From assembly GCA_951406725.2 (NCBI GenBank), contig OX597826.1, positions 73,780,001 to 73,844,000 on the forward strand: a stretch of DNA of 64,000 nt, given 5' to 3'. Below are positions 39,507 through 52,437 of the stretch, piece after piece. The position numbers and the translations under genes are program-made. The notes under the pieces were generated by a model. The model was not told the origin of the DNA and did not search any database. It saw only the letters and a program-made list of their open reading frames with translations. Position 1 is the first letter of the stretch. Each line of letters begins with the position of its first letter. Source of the DNA: Octopus vulgaris. Lineage: Eukaryota.

Positions 39507-40020
39507 CGATGACTGGCATCTGTGCTAGCGGGGTGCAAAGAGCACCATACAAGTGTGATTGATGACAGAGCGGCTAACCAGCTTCCGTGCCAGTGGCACA
39601 TAAAAGGCACCATTCGAGTGTGATCGTTACCAGCGTCGCCTTACTGGCACTTGTGCCCGTGCTAGTAGGGTGCCAAGAGCACCATCCGAGCGTGATCATT
39701 GCCAGAGTGGCTAACTGTCTTCTGTGCCAGTGGCACGTAAAGGGAACCATTCGAGCTTCATCATTACCAGCGTCGCCTTACTGGCACCTGTGCTGGTGGC
39801 ATGTGTAAAAAGATTCGAGCGAGATCGTTGCCAGTAACCACCTGACTAGCCCCTGTGCCGGTGGCATGTAAAAAGCACCCATTACACTCTTGGAGTGGTT
39901 GGCGTTAGGAAAGGCATCCAGCTGTAGAAACTCTGCCAGATCAGATTGGAGCCTGGTGCAGCCAAAATTGTCCAACCCATGCTAGCATGGAAAGCGGATG
40001 TTAAACAATGATGATGATGA
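39507..40020 (+). mobile_element. Family C element with 5' tandem array of ~60-70-bp units
   Basis: Repeated actggc..cgtgcc(a/g)gtggcacgtaaaa(g)gcaccattcgagcgtgatcgtt(a/g)ccag units, then the ggcgttaggaaaggcatccagctgtagaaac body and a (GAT)n tail. Confidence 0.88.
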
Positions 40021-40668
40021 TCCCTGCATCAACCACGAAGCTCATTTCTTACTTTCCGGGGTTGACATTCTGGAGAACATTAGTCCACTGGATTCCTCTC
40101 ATTGTCCATGTTTTACCTGCTGTCATCAATTTGCAGTTGTTTAAAAACATCAACCACAATAGTTTCAGAAGGACCTGGAAAGGTCACGGGCACTGACACC
40201 TTTCTGCAGATAACATTAAAAAAACAGTCTAAAAATACATTCGTATTTAAAAATCTCAGCAGAACCGATGTTGCTTTTTAACCTTTTGAAATTAATGAAT
40301 TGGTAACCAGTGGAATGCTGTGTTCGTTTGACTGACAACACCTCTTCCCATAAAACGTGTAAGTCTTGTAATATGTTAGAAGTCATTCGAAGAAGGACGG
40401 AGGTTGTTGGAGATAGAACAATACCGAATAACTGTGCATGTTGTACTTCGAGTAGTGATGGTTGCAGTAACTGCAATGATGACGGTGGCTGCAATGACGA
40501 CGGCAGCAGCCATAGTGGTGATGACAGCTGTAGTAGTAGCAGTAGTAGTGATAGTAGGATTGTAGTAGTAGTGGCACTGCAGTAGAGGTGATGGTGATAG
40601 TTTTTAACAGTAATGACAAAGGTGATGATGATGATGATGATGGTGGTGGGGGAATTTTAGTAAGATAT

Positions 40669-40894
40669 CTTTTTATCTTTTATTTGTTTCAGTCATTAGA
40701 CAACGGCCATGCTGGGGCACCGCCTTGAAGAGTTTTTAGTTGAACGAATCAACCCCAGTATTTTCTTTTTCTTTTAATGCTTGATACTTATTCTATCAGT
40801 CTCTTTGGGTGAACCGCTAGGTTACAAGGATGTAACACTTCAACACTGGTTGTCAAGTGGTGATTGGGGACCAACACAAAGACACAAGCGTGCG

Positions 40895-40928
<34 letters not shown>

Positions 40929-41158
40929 CTGGGCCTGACGAAGCCTTCCAGCTTCACAGACCCCAGTTGACCCGTCCAACCCATGCTAGCATGGAAAACG
41001 GACGCTAAACGATGATGATGATGATGATGATGATACATACATACATACAATGGGCTTCTTTTAGTTTCCATCTATGAAATTCACTCTCAAGGATTTGGTC
41101 AGCTTGAAGCTATGTTAGAAGACACTTGCCCAAGGTGCCACACAGTGGGACTGAACCC
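40669..41158 (-). mobile_element. SINE family A with nested RTE-type 3' end (40930-41035, +)
   Basis: The family A halves flank an insert ending ccgtccaacccatgctagcatggaaaacggacgctaaacgatgatg inside the internal microsatellite. Confidence 0.8.
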
Positions 41159-41696
41159 AGATATCATCAATTACTAAGGTTAACTCTTTTACCTAATTAC
41201 TCTTCACTCACCACCCATCCATCTCCTCATCCAACCACCTAAATATATATTTACATGTATCTTGATAATTAAAATTGTAGCAGTAAACAGTTGACAATCT
41301 TTGTTAACATAACTTCTAAACAGAATACTGTAACCGAAGATTGTCAGTTTCACTTTATCACTGGACCTTATTACAGTACGAGCGAGTTTCATACAAGCGA
41401 CCAACAAGCGCAGTCTCCGCAACTATAATGCTATCTTTCAATTTTTTTTTTAATGTTAAAATTATTCTTTTCAACTGTCTACAAATACAACCAGGCTGAA
41501 ATAATTAATGCATTCTTCCAGGAGTGAATAAAAAAATTCTCAAACTTGAGGGGATGGGCCCCTTAGATACTAACATAGGTCCCCATATATGGATTCTAAT
41601 GGTGCAGGGGCCTTCTTGCCATTGGGCAAGCTGGCAACCTGGCCAGTCCGCCACTGTATATATGTATATATATATATATAATATGTATATGCATAT

Positions 41697-41747
41697 AGCT
41701 TCCTGATGATTTCATTTGAATGAAACAGTTCTAGTCCTGTAGAAGCT
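41697..41747 (+). ncRNA. Type I hammerhead ribozyme (Penelope-like, compact)
   Basis: agcttc-CTGATGA-t-ttc(attt)gaa-t-GAAA-cag(ttctagtc)ctg-TA-gaagct: intact core, 6-bp helix I, GUA cleavage triplet, CTAG palindrome in loop III, U.U at 10.1-11.1. Confidence 0.78.
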
Positions 41748-41760
41748 CCTTCTATAAAAT

Positions 41761-41801
<41 letters not shown>

Positions 41802-42275
41802 GTATGTGTATATATATATATATATCTCACAGTGTGTGTGGTGTGTAAAAGAGTAGACATATAAAAAATAAAAGTACACAACAAAAAAAAAAAGAGAAAA
41901 TTTGTGTCGGTATAATTTGTATGCCAGCCTGGATATATTTTACATTATTTACAAATAATGCTAGTCTCCAATTAAAATGCTATCGCCTTTATTTCAGTAT
42001 TTAATTATTTCTCGTGTTTTTCTCGCCTTGTATTACTCCATATAATTAGTCAAGTTTCTATTTCCGATCAATTGCCCGGCTTAAGTTAAAATTGTGTCGG
42101 CCATAAAATTTTATAATTATTACATTCAGGAAATCAAGACATTCATTGAAAATATTTAAATCTAATGTTATCGAAGATGGATCTCTTTACAGACATCTTT
42201 TATAATCTATCAAACATACAGTGAAAACAGTTCAAAAGTTTGCTTTTGAAGTGAATCAGCTGATTATATTAATAA

Positions 42276-43384
42276 CGAACAGAGATACCCGGCGTTGCCT
42301 GTGTTACATACAATTGAAGAATTAGACCTTTGTTATATTTTCTCTAATGAACTGGAATACCTATCATTCGAATTTCATCAAAATTGCAGATGAGGGTTCT
42401 TTTCCTCTGTACACACCCTAACAAACTTCTAATCATGACACATGTATCCCATACTAGTGATCTTTATGCGCAGATTCCAAAATTCCAGTCTTATGGAACC
42501 TGTAAAAAGGATTTTGCTCCTGAAAAATGGAGGTCATTGAGCTCTAAAATGTGGGAGTTAAGGCCCCTATTGGGGGTGGGTGTCTTAATGTCAACCAGAG
42601 AAGTTGAATTGTTGAGAATCTTTAACTTGGTTCTTATATCAATTGTTTGAATTTCTTTGAAATAGGAAATATATGTTCACTGGGTTTGTAAAAGAGAACA
42701 AAGTTACAGGAAACCAAAAGACTGATCACAATAAGCAGTCAGCTGCCCTACCCTAGTTGTTACCACTCCCCAGTGTAGGATTCCTCACCATCTAGGTGAC
42801 AGGCACAGCCATAAGATGCATTATGGATCTATAGCAATTGGAAGGGCATGACCCAACTCAAATAAACATTAACAACTGTGTGACGTGGGGGCTACGGGGA
42901 AATGAAAGTGTCACTTCTGGAGTTTGCAAATGACCACTATACTGATACGTAACTGGACAGAATAAATTTACAATCTGTAAATGTCTTTGAATAACCAGTC
43001 ACTCATCTGGGAAGGCCCCTCTTAGAATGCTCATGAGAAGTGGAAACTTTGGGAATACTTCTTGATGTGTGTCAATTACCCATGGTTGAAATTTCATCAA
43101 CATTGAAAATTTATGAATATTCATGGGGGTTCTGACCCCTTTAAGCTATCTCAAATTCAAACCAAACATATTGCATTATACCTGCCCTTATGCATTGAAG
43201 GTAAATTCTAAATATCATAAGGATCCATTTAGTAATTTTGGTCCATGAAATTATATGAACCACACAGCATTACCCTTCTCCCTAGGCTTGGATTTGTGTT
43301 CCAAATTTCATTAGGATCAGTGCAATAGTTTTCGAATGTATAAGTAACACACACACATAAAGACATTGACTTTTATATAAGAGA
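42276..43384 (-). mobile_element. Non-autonomous Helitron-like element (older)
   Basis: Minus 5' end a^TCtcttatataaaagtcaatgtc...(TG)n...gaaatttgg; 3' end ggcaacgccgggtatctctgttcg^t (degenerate CTAG), same terminus type as 44286-44679. Confidence 0.7.
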
Positions 43385-43514
43385 TATGAATATGCACATA
43401 TACATACATGTATGTGTGTGTATTATATATATATACACACAAAAATATAGATAGATAGATACAACTGAGTGGGCAAACAAAAATGAGAAACTGCCTAGTA
43501 CTTATCTTTGAAAA

Positions 43515-43822
43515 GTTTGATAAGCCTGGTACTTATTCTATCAGTTTCTTCTTGTCAAACCACTAAGTTATGGAGATGTAAATAAACGAACAGCAGTTGT
43601 GAAGCAGTGATGAGGGAGAAACACAGAGACAAAGACACACACATACACTTACATATATACAATTGATTTCTTTGAGTTTCTGTCTGCAAAATTCACTCAC
43701 AAGGCTTTGGTTGGTCTGAGGCTATAGCAGAAGACACATGCCAAGTCACCACACAGTGAGTCTGAACACAGGACCATGTGTTTTGGAACCAAGTTTGTTA
43801 CCACACAGCCACACCTGCACCT
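43515..43822 (-). mobile_element. SINE family A, diverged
   Basis: Matches the reverse complement of family A (cactcacaaggctttggttgg...gaagacac...ccacacagccac). Confidence 0.8.
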
Positions 43823-44285
43823 ATGTATATATATGTGTGTGTCGATAAAATAAGTACGAGTTGGGTTCTAGGCTCGATGTAATTGATTATTACCCTCCTA
43901 CGAAATTTCAGTCCTTGCTCCTATTATAGAAACCCCTAATATACTGGCCCAAGCAGTTGAGGTAGTTAAATGGCTATTTTGGCCTGCCAAATGGCCCTCC
44001 TTTTCCCCGTTAAGGGTAAAGAGATGATTGTTTAGTAAATAATTACCCCACTCCCTTTTCATTATAACTCATTCTACTTCTTTTATCTTATTCTATTACT
44101 TGTAGGTACATCATATAGCACTGCATGTATGTGTACATACCCGTAACTCCTTCATAAATCATTAGTATTTAGCACTGATTACTATGAGCAATTTGAAACG
44201 AGGCCCACATTTCACATTAGACATCTGACCTATTGCTGCTCTACACAGACTTGACTTTGCTGCGTCGCTGGTGAACTGGGATTAA

Positions 44286-44679
44286 TCTTTATATACAAAG
44301 CTGAAGTTGTCTGTGTGTCAGGTTTGGTAGCCTTCAACTAACACTATCTCTTCTGAGACTCTGCGGTGCAAGTTAACCAAAATTGAAAGTATGATAGAAG
44401 AAGGTTTGCTCTTCATTCCGTAGAAGAAAAAATTCAAATCGGACCATGTTAAAACCAAAAATTATTTACATCAAAAAGGTGCTTTTTTCTATGAAAATCC
44501 CTATTTTTTTACAATTTTTTGACTGCTGTGTCGCCATTTTTCGGTGTATTTCAACCAGAAAAATGTTCACTTAAAGAGAATAACAAGCTACATAACGCAA
44601 ATTTTTTACTTTTCGAAAATTCCAATTCTAAAGGGTCGAAAAGAAAACAAACCCGAGCAACGCCGGGATATACTGCTAG
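44286..44679 (+). mobile_element. Non-autonomous Helitron, 394 bp
   Basis: 5' A^TC(tttatatacaaag), 3' hairpin cccgagcaacgccggg then CTAG^T; AT insertion site and no TSD. Confidence 0.85.
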
Positions 44680-46549
44680 TTTTCAATAAGATGGAGATTT
44701 TGTTAGTTTATGATTATCATTAAGTCATATAGCTCTTAATCTTGGTCTTGTCCTCTGCAGTTTGTAACTTAAAATACAGTTTGTTTATAGCTAACTTGTA
44801 GCTGAATACTATTTTCATCGTTGTTTTGATCGAGGTTTTAGAATTCATCTCATGTATTTAATTAGCGATTTCCATTAATAGCATTTTCCGTTTGACATCG
44901 CTTATGGAAGATATTTAGGTCCAAAGATTATTGGTTGTTAAAACATTAGTTCATATAAATCAGGCATGGCCAACTGTTTCCCAGAAACGGGCCGCATGAG
45001 ACATGATTTATCATCAAGCGGACAGCACTAAAAAAAGTCAAGGTAATTTTTTTCTTTAAGACGTGTCATTTAGAAAGCCTCGCACATTACAAGTTATTTA
45101 GCCCCAGGCCAAACCTGATCGAACCGATCTATGATCGAAAGGTGTTGTCATGGTTACAGTAACATTTTAAGGATATCTAGGGTTACATTATAGAATGCAG
45201 CTTTTTTTAAAAAAATTAGTAGGCTAATTACTTCTGTATAAGCGGCACACTGGCGGCAAAATTAAGATTTGTACACAACGAATATGTTATGCAATAAACG
45301 GTTTAACAATGTTGTCTTAACGACATAAAAAATTAAAAAAAAAGGTTGTCTACAACATTTAGACAGAACAGTAATATCGTCTCTGAAATATTAATTACAT
45401 CCAAGTTGTTTTAAAATTAATTGTTTATTGTCAAACGAAACGGTAGAGCGACATCAACTCAATCAAAAATGTATTTATGATAATATAATATTTATAAAGT
45501 TTAGATTAAATTACATGTTTAGTGATTAAAATATGCCATTTTTCTCTTTCAGTAACTGAATTATAAAAGAAGACAGTACGAATTGTTTAATGATACATAA
45601 ATTTGATAAAGAAAAATTCTGCTCAGTGTGAAGCAATGCATTAACTATAATTATTGTACAATAGAAAACATCTTCACATGCCAACGTCGATAAAACTACT
45701 TTAAACCAATTTTCTGAAGGAAGATGTACTATTTTATCCCACAGTTTTCATAGAAGTCATCACTGCAGTCAAGTGATAGTATAAATATTTTTAATTATCG
45801 GAAAAGCTAAATGATCTTCCAACCTCTCATTTTCTTTCTCTCTCCATCCCTCCCACTATATTAACTTTTTATTTGTTTTATAATTCATTTCTCACTGACT
45901 TTCAGGTGGTTTCCCCGTTTCAGATATTGATTTTTTAAAAAGTATAGTAGAAAATCTTGCAGACAGTGAGAGCAATTATGGAGAAAAAGCAAAAACAGCA
46001 AAACCTCGGAACCTACCAGCTTCATTTTTTTTTTATGTTTAAAGCCAATAGCTTGTTTTAATGTGTTTAATGCAGAGCTTTTCCTGGACATTTTTTTTAT
46101 GTTTAAATTCTATAATAAGACATTGTTGCAAAATAGAGTATAATAAAACATTAAATTATTATTTTTATCTGCCGAAAAAAATTAGAGCTAGTTATCAGCA
46201 GAGGGAATACAAAAGTACAAATAGAGGTTATGAAACTGCACCGAAATTAAGACTGCATTCCATGCACGGTTTTCTAAGAGATGTTAGAGAAACGGGATCT
46301 AGTCTTTTTCATTCGCAAAATGACCCCTTCACCTTAATTTTGCTCAGATTGCTTCCAATTTTGGTGTATCGATGCAACTTTGAATTTTGATTACGATCAA
46401 CCAATGAAATGGCTATATTCAGGTTTGTCAACCTCTTGTGTTAGGGAATGGAAATGTCCCTAAGTTCTTGGATTAACAGACTTCTGAAACATTACATCTC
46501 GGTGGTTGTCGCGCAGAGAGGTGGGTGACAGATACTACGTGCGCTTCTA

Positions 46550-46894
46550 TAGAGTTTCCGTCTACCAAGTTCATCCACAAAGTCCTGATCGCCTCGGAGC
46601 TTTAGTAGAAGACACTTGTCTAGGGGGCCGCGCAGTGGGATTGGGCCTCAACTATGTGGTGGCGAAGCGAATTTCTTAACCAGCCACACCTGTTTTCATA
46701 TCGTTTCTAATACAGGCACAAATCCTGGAATTTGTTGGGGAACGAACTGGTCGATTGAATTGACCCAAAGTGTAACTGATACTTTTATCGACCGCGAAAG
46801 GATGAAAGGCAAAGTCGACTTCGGTTGAATTTAAACTCAGAACGTCAAGACGGATGAAATGCCAGCGTGCTAATGACTGCCAGCTCGCCGCCTT
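46550..46894 (-). mobile_element. Adjacent diverged SINEs: family A 5' part (46550-46690) and family B (46700-46894)
   Basis: Similarity to other copies in the window. Confidence 0.75.
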
Positions 46895-47888
46895 CTGGTT
46901 ATTTTCATATCGGAATATGATTTTGTGGAATATTCTGTAAAGAACAGTGTTATACTCAAGAACATTGTTGTTTAATTGTTTTGTGCTTTATGGTACAGAG
47001 TATATTAGGATGGCCAGCGTCTGATGTGTTTTCATTTGGAGTCGTGCAAAGAAAATGTTGAAAACAATTACGATACAACAAACTACCTTTGTGAGTTATT
47101 TAAAGGAGTGTAGGGGAACAACAGTAACAGATTACAATTGTTTCCTTTCAGATTTCACACATTTTTTTATAGCCATCGGATGCAAGTTCATACTTTCTAA
47201 ACCATTTGACACGAATTGGAGTCGTGTTTATTTTTTGCATTTGTCTCATAATGCTTAATGAAATAGTTTTCTAAAGTTGATAAAGGACCCTGCTGCCTAA
47301 ATCATCTTTCCTCCTCACTTGCAGCAAAGATATCTCTAAAAAGGCTTGTCACTCCACCTCATGGCCTGAGCGGACAAATTCGAAAAGGTATTGAATCGGA
47401 CGATGGCCAGGGAGAAGAGCTGGAGCAGCCAGTCTGATTCACAATTTACAGTAAGAAAATGGGGAGAGGAAGCAAGGAAATTAACCAGTAAATAACTAAA
47501 ATAAAAAGGCGTGTACACTCCATTATTTATAGATCGTACCAGAGGACACTGGTGTTACCCTCTAAAAATTGTTGAGGCTGGGGCACTGCAATAACCGAGG
47601 AACTTTCTGAGTATCAATTAATACTTCAGTGAAATGGTGCGCTAACGAAGTTTTAAAAAATCCTTCCTTGTTAGCGGCCCATCTTCCTTGAACATCTCAA
47701 AAGCTACAGGTAATGTAATTTTTCTAAATACTAAGAACTCTTTCAGTTTTTCTAATAAAACGATGCAGTAATAATGGTTTCAAATTTTAGCACAAGGCCA
47801 GCAATCTTAGGAGAAGCGTTAAGTCGACCATATTTTATCGATCTCGAAAGGATGAAATGTTAAGTCGACACCTGAACTAAATAATGTA

Positions 47889-47947
<59 letters not shown>

Positions 47948-47952
<5 letters not shown>

Positions 47953-48420
47953 GATCAGACAAAAAAGATGTGTTTATTAATTGACATGAGTATCCCTTGC
48001 GATCACAATATAGCGGCGAAAGAATTTGACAAGATTAGTAAATATAAAGACCTGCTAATACAAATTGAGAAACGTGGCATCTCAAGGCGACAACAGTACC
48101 AGTGACTGTAGGATCTCTAGGAATGATAAAAAAAAGGTACTGAAACCTATTTGAAAATGATTCCAGGCTTACCATCCCTACAGGAAGTGCAAAAAATCGT
48201 ATTAACTGGAACGGCTCAGGTACTGAGAAGAGCATTATCGCTGTGAAAACAACATCCATCCATGAATTTATTTATTTATTAATTTTTAAATACATATTAA
48301 TCTGTGAATTTGCGTGAGTAATCCGGGAATGCATACAATGAGCTTCTCTGCCCTAGGTGTATGGAAAACACACGGCGAGAAACGGAAGAAAATTTGAAGA
48401 AAGAAGGAAAAAACAGAATA
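47948..48420 (+). mobile_element. 5'-truncated R4/Dong-clade non-LTR retrotransposon (REL endonuclease C-terminus and 3' UTR)
   Basis: KDQTKKMCLLIDMSIPCDHNIAAKEFDKISKYKDLLIQIE/TWHLKATTVPVTVGSLGMIKKG...SLQEVQKIVLTGTAQVLRRALSL* (stop 48244-48246, with frameshift); (TAA)n at 47890-47948 and again from about 48417. Confidence 0.88.
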
Positions 48421-50059
48421 ATAATAATATAGCAGATGACTTCTGAATAGAGATTTGAGATGAAACTGAACACGGACAAAGGATATAATAAAGTTTAATA
48501 TTCAAGATCAATAAGGCGACGAGCTAGCAGAATCGTTAGCACGCCGGACAAAATGCTGAGCGGCATTTCGTCCGTTTTCACGTTCTCACTGGGGGTCGCT
48601 GGAATTGACTTGCCTCCTCTCTCGAACTTTCTGACCTTGTGTCAAAATTTGAAACCAATATATCAAGAGATCAGTCAAGTCAAAACTGAAACCAATATAT
48701 CAGCGGTCGAATGGAGTCAGAGGACACAGAAGTTTGGATGAGGATGGCGTAAAGAGCAGTGACCTAGCTAATAGGGAAATAAGGACAGTGAGTGGCCATC
48801 GCCCTCCCGAGCATATTTGTCAAAATTGGCGCCTCTTCAACAAATTTTAAAAAAATCTTTAGTTCACTTGTGCGATAAAAGTCGAATCTTTTTTTTTGTT
48901 ATCAATCGCACGGCTTTGGAAGAACTTTCTGGAGTCATTGTTTTATTTGACGGCAAAACATGAAATTAATGAACGTAGAATACAATTACGCTTATTATAA
49001 CTAATGAAATATTTCGCGTAATATAAAAGAAATGAGTTTAAAATTGTTTAGTATGTGTCACGGCGCCTTTTTTGTGTGCTCGCTGCTCCTAACCGTAGAA
49101 CATTGCCACGCCTCAGATACGGAGTTCTTTACAGGTGGAAAGACCGTCGAAGAAATTATATTAGGAATGCGAAAACAATAAAATTGCTTTGTTGACATTA
49201 GTTATTGATGCATTATTTTTTTTATTTCTGCAATCGCATGTTTATTTTCATTCGTTGTCTGCTTAAGATTTTAGCTAGAAAGTAATGAAAGAGACAATAA
49301 AGGGGTCAAGGGAAAATCTTTTCTTGATAATGCTTAACTCAAAGGTTGCTGGATGGGACGATAACGTTTCATTTATATCTGCAGTTCAACGGATGGAACC
49401 AATTTATTTCACAAAATCTTTTTTAAAGATTTCTTCTGAGTGGCACATTTTGATGGAAGTTCTTATGGATCCATCGCGATAATTTATAAAGCCATTTGAT
49501 ACATCTCCTTGTTAGGAAATAAAACTTACAAGGATGGAAGTTAAATAAACGTATTCTTAAATCAGACTTCGACCGAATTATTCAGGCATAGTCTATATAA
49601 GAACATCCCCCAAAATAAAGAAGGCCGCAGACCACATTAGAATTACTAATAAATCGAATGTTTTAAAATAAGATTCTCTCACATTTTTTTTTATTATAAT
49701 TCATAGAAACACAAAGTTGATCTCTTCGGGGTTTTCTATTATAACTTCATTCACATTTAAGTTACGCTATAAAAATATTATAGAAAATTTATAGCATAGT
49801 CGCTGGGTTCTAAATGTTGGAAGAAGAGGTGAACCGATTAAATCAACCCCAGTAATTACTGGTACTTTATCGAATCCGGAAGAATCAAATGGAAAAAATT
49901 ACTCTGACAGGGTTGCTCTGATGATTCTGTTAATGCACGAAAGAACCTGAATTCAAAGAGAGTTAAAACTGAACAGTTCTTTGTTGTCGGTCACATCACT
50001 ATCACCCCATATTTTTTTTTACCTGCTGGGTCTAAAGGAAAGGGCAGTACCCATGGCCA

Positions 50060-51260
50060 TCGCAGGCCTCCTTACACTGGTGAAGCTCATGATATTAATG
50101 TTCTTATGGAATCTTTATGAGTCAACACCTGCAAGAAAAGTATTAGTATTAGAAGGGAATTCCTGAAGGACAGCGTATTGCGAAGGAAAAACTCTGTTTA
50201 GTGATCAGTGGGGTGGGGGAAGCGATAGACACAGGGGTGATGAGAAGAAGCTGGAGGAGTGGAACGGGAATGCTTGAGTGGAGGCAGCGCGAGCCCAGCC
50301 TGCCCCAAGGGGCAGAGGATCAATATAATATTGGTAGAAAAGACTGAAAGAGGAGCATACTCGTCGCTAAGGGAATGCATTGGACAGCACTCCCCCTCAC
50401 TAACCAATGGTGAACCCTCAAATTTACTATAAGTACACTCATTTCGAAATTCCTTTTTAGCATTATTACAAATTTGTGCCTCCAAACACCAAAGTCTGGC
50501 AATGGGCTTGGTGTGGAGATAGCTCGCCTGTGGGCCAGAGACTGGCGTGTGTCTGTGACAATGCCAATTAATTCCTTTTTTTGGATGCGATCGAAGATGA
50601 CCGTGTACAGCAGCAACATTGTCCCTTTGCGGGACCAATACTCCAATGTGGGCCTCACCCAACGCTAGATTAACTATTAAGCGAAATAAGCTTGTGTTTA
50701 GGGCGTCAAAGGAAGAGAAAGCACCACAGAAATGGTAAATGGTTTACAGTACAAAAGAAATCACTTTAAATTTGCTAAAATAATATTCGAGATGCCTTAT
50801 CTCTACTAAGTACAGAAGCAGAGAGACACGTTTGATATTCTTGTAGGAAGATGCTTTCATGGTCTCTCTTCAAGGAGTCAGTGTGGATTTGGTGTCTAGG
50901 TTGCGAATGGATAATGCACATTTGGAGAATGCTAGAGAAGAATGAAGGGTAGAGTCGTCTGTGTAAGGTTAGGTGTTGTTATATGCAGCAAAACCGAACC
51001 CTGGGACATGCCGGAATCGGTAGAATGAGCTGCGTCAATACTAACAGCAACAGTGCGATCTAATGGAAAGTTAGCGATGGAGGTGAGAGTCAGGTCGAAT
51101 CTAAAAACAGGATGTTTCGATAGATTCCCAAGCCAGGCTTAGTCTAAGATTTTGTTTGACATCGAGGGCAACGTCACTGCTTTCACCACATTCCTTCAAA
51201 ACAAGAGCAAGTAGATTAATTATTAAAATCAACCGAACCGTACAAGTAATTTCATCCAGG
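50060..51260 (-). pseudogene. Degenerate Jockey-group-like LINE reverse transcriptase and C-terminus
   Basis: Minus-strand motifs in order: GESSDVALDVKQ (ALDISKAFD), DRTVAVSID..SGMSQGSV (SGVPQGSVL), YTDDSTLH (YADD), RPTLEY, DRIQKK, QSLAHRRA; many frameshifts. Clade assignment is tentative. Confidence 0.75.
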
Positions 51261-51299
51261 TGACTAAACGTAAACTTTTTGAGAAATGGCAGTGCATTA

Positions 51300-51750
51300 G
51301 ATTTTTTTTCTTTTCCTGCCTTTAACCCTCCAACGCGGAGTATAGGCCACTTATAGTTGAATTCCATGTCGCATAATTTTTCGCTTCTGTACCAATACTC
51401 TGCCATGAATATCCCCCTTTCTCTAGTTCCTTTTGTGTTGATCTACGCCACGAGTTCTTAGGCCTACCTCTCCTTCTATATCCAACCGGTTTCCACTTTA
51501 AAGCACTTTTCGCTACATTTGGTGTGTCTTTTCTAATCGTGCTACCAATCCACTTCCAGTTTTTCTTAAATATTTGCTCCCTAATCGAAACCTGATTTGT
51601 TCTTTGCCATAGCTCCATATTGCTTGTGTGTTGGGGCCATCTAATTTTAAGTATACTACGCAAGCATCTATTGATGAATGATTGTATTTGCTTATTTGAC
51701 TTAACTGTTGTTCGCCATGTCTCAGCCCCGTACAATAACACCGCTTCAGT
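51300..51750 (-). mobile_element. 5'-truncated RTE-clade LINE with uninterrupted C-terminal ORF
   Basis: ORF 51322-51741 LLYGAETW...FINRCLRSILKIRWP...SNMELW...WKWIG...ALKWKPVGYRRRGRPKNSWRR, a typical RTE post-RT region. Confidence 0.92.
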
Positions 51751-52437
51751 TACGTAAATTTAAAGGAAAACACTATTTGTTTTGTTCATAAACTGTTCCT
51801 TTTTTGCTTTCTACCAATTGATAACGAATCATTTTGGAGTGACAGAAATAGGAAAGTGCCAGACAAATTGCCTTGAAGTGGCATCTGCTTGTATTCCTAT
51901 ATCCTTTATATTTTTCAGTTGTAATCCCATCCAGGTTAAATTTACAATTCATAGGATTGAATTGACTACACCATTCCCCAAATTTATCATCTTATACTTG
52001 AGTATAAGATCATTCAAAAGCTATTATTATAGCCATTCTGCGCTTGTTTACGAACTGATGGTTTGCACTGGCGCCATGGAGTTAAGTACAATCGATGAAC
52101 ATTTTCTTTGTCAAGATAAGATTATTACATAACTCCTTTCGTTTATTTCTTTTCTTTCTTCTGTACTCTGTATTTTGTATTCCATATAAATACATGCAAT
52201 TAAACCTGCTCCTGCTTATTTGCCTGTCTACTTATATATATATTTTTATTGAAATGGATAAATAAATTATCTTGTTACGGATTATTCAAATTATAACCGA
52301 TACCTGGGTAGCAAAAATCACAACAGAAAAATCACGGTTGAGGTTACGACCATGGGGTATCGCAACCGTGCCTTAGCGCGATGGGCTCCTTGTTCGAAAA
52401 GCTTGCTGCGCATTTGTTTGGAGATTTAAGTTCCTGG

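Noticed and set aside
49910-49960. CTGATGA...GAAA hammerhead-like spacing
   Set aside because: Helices I and III do not pair; likely chance.
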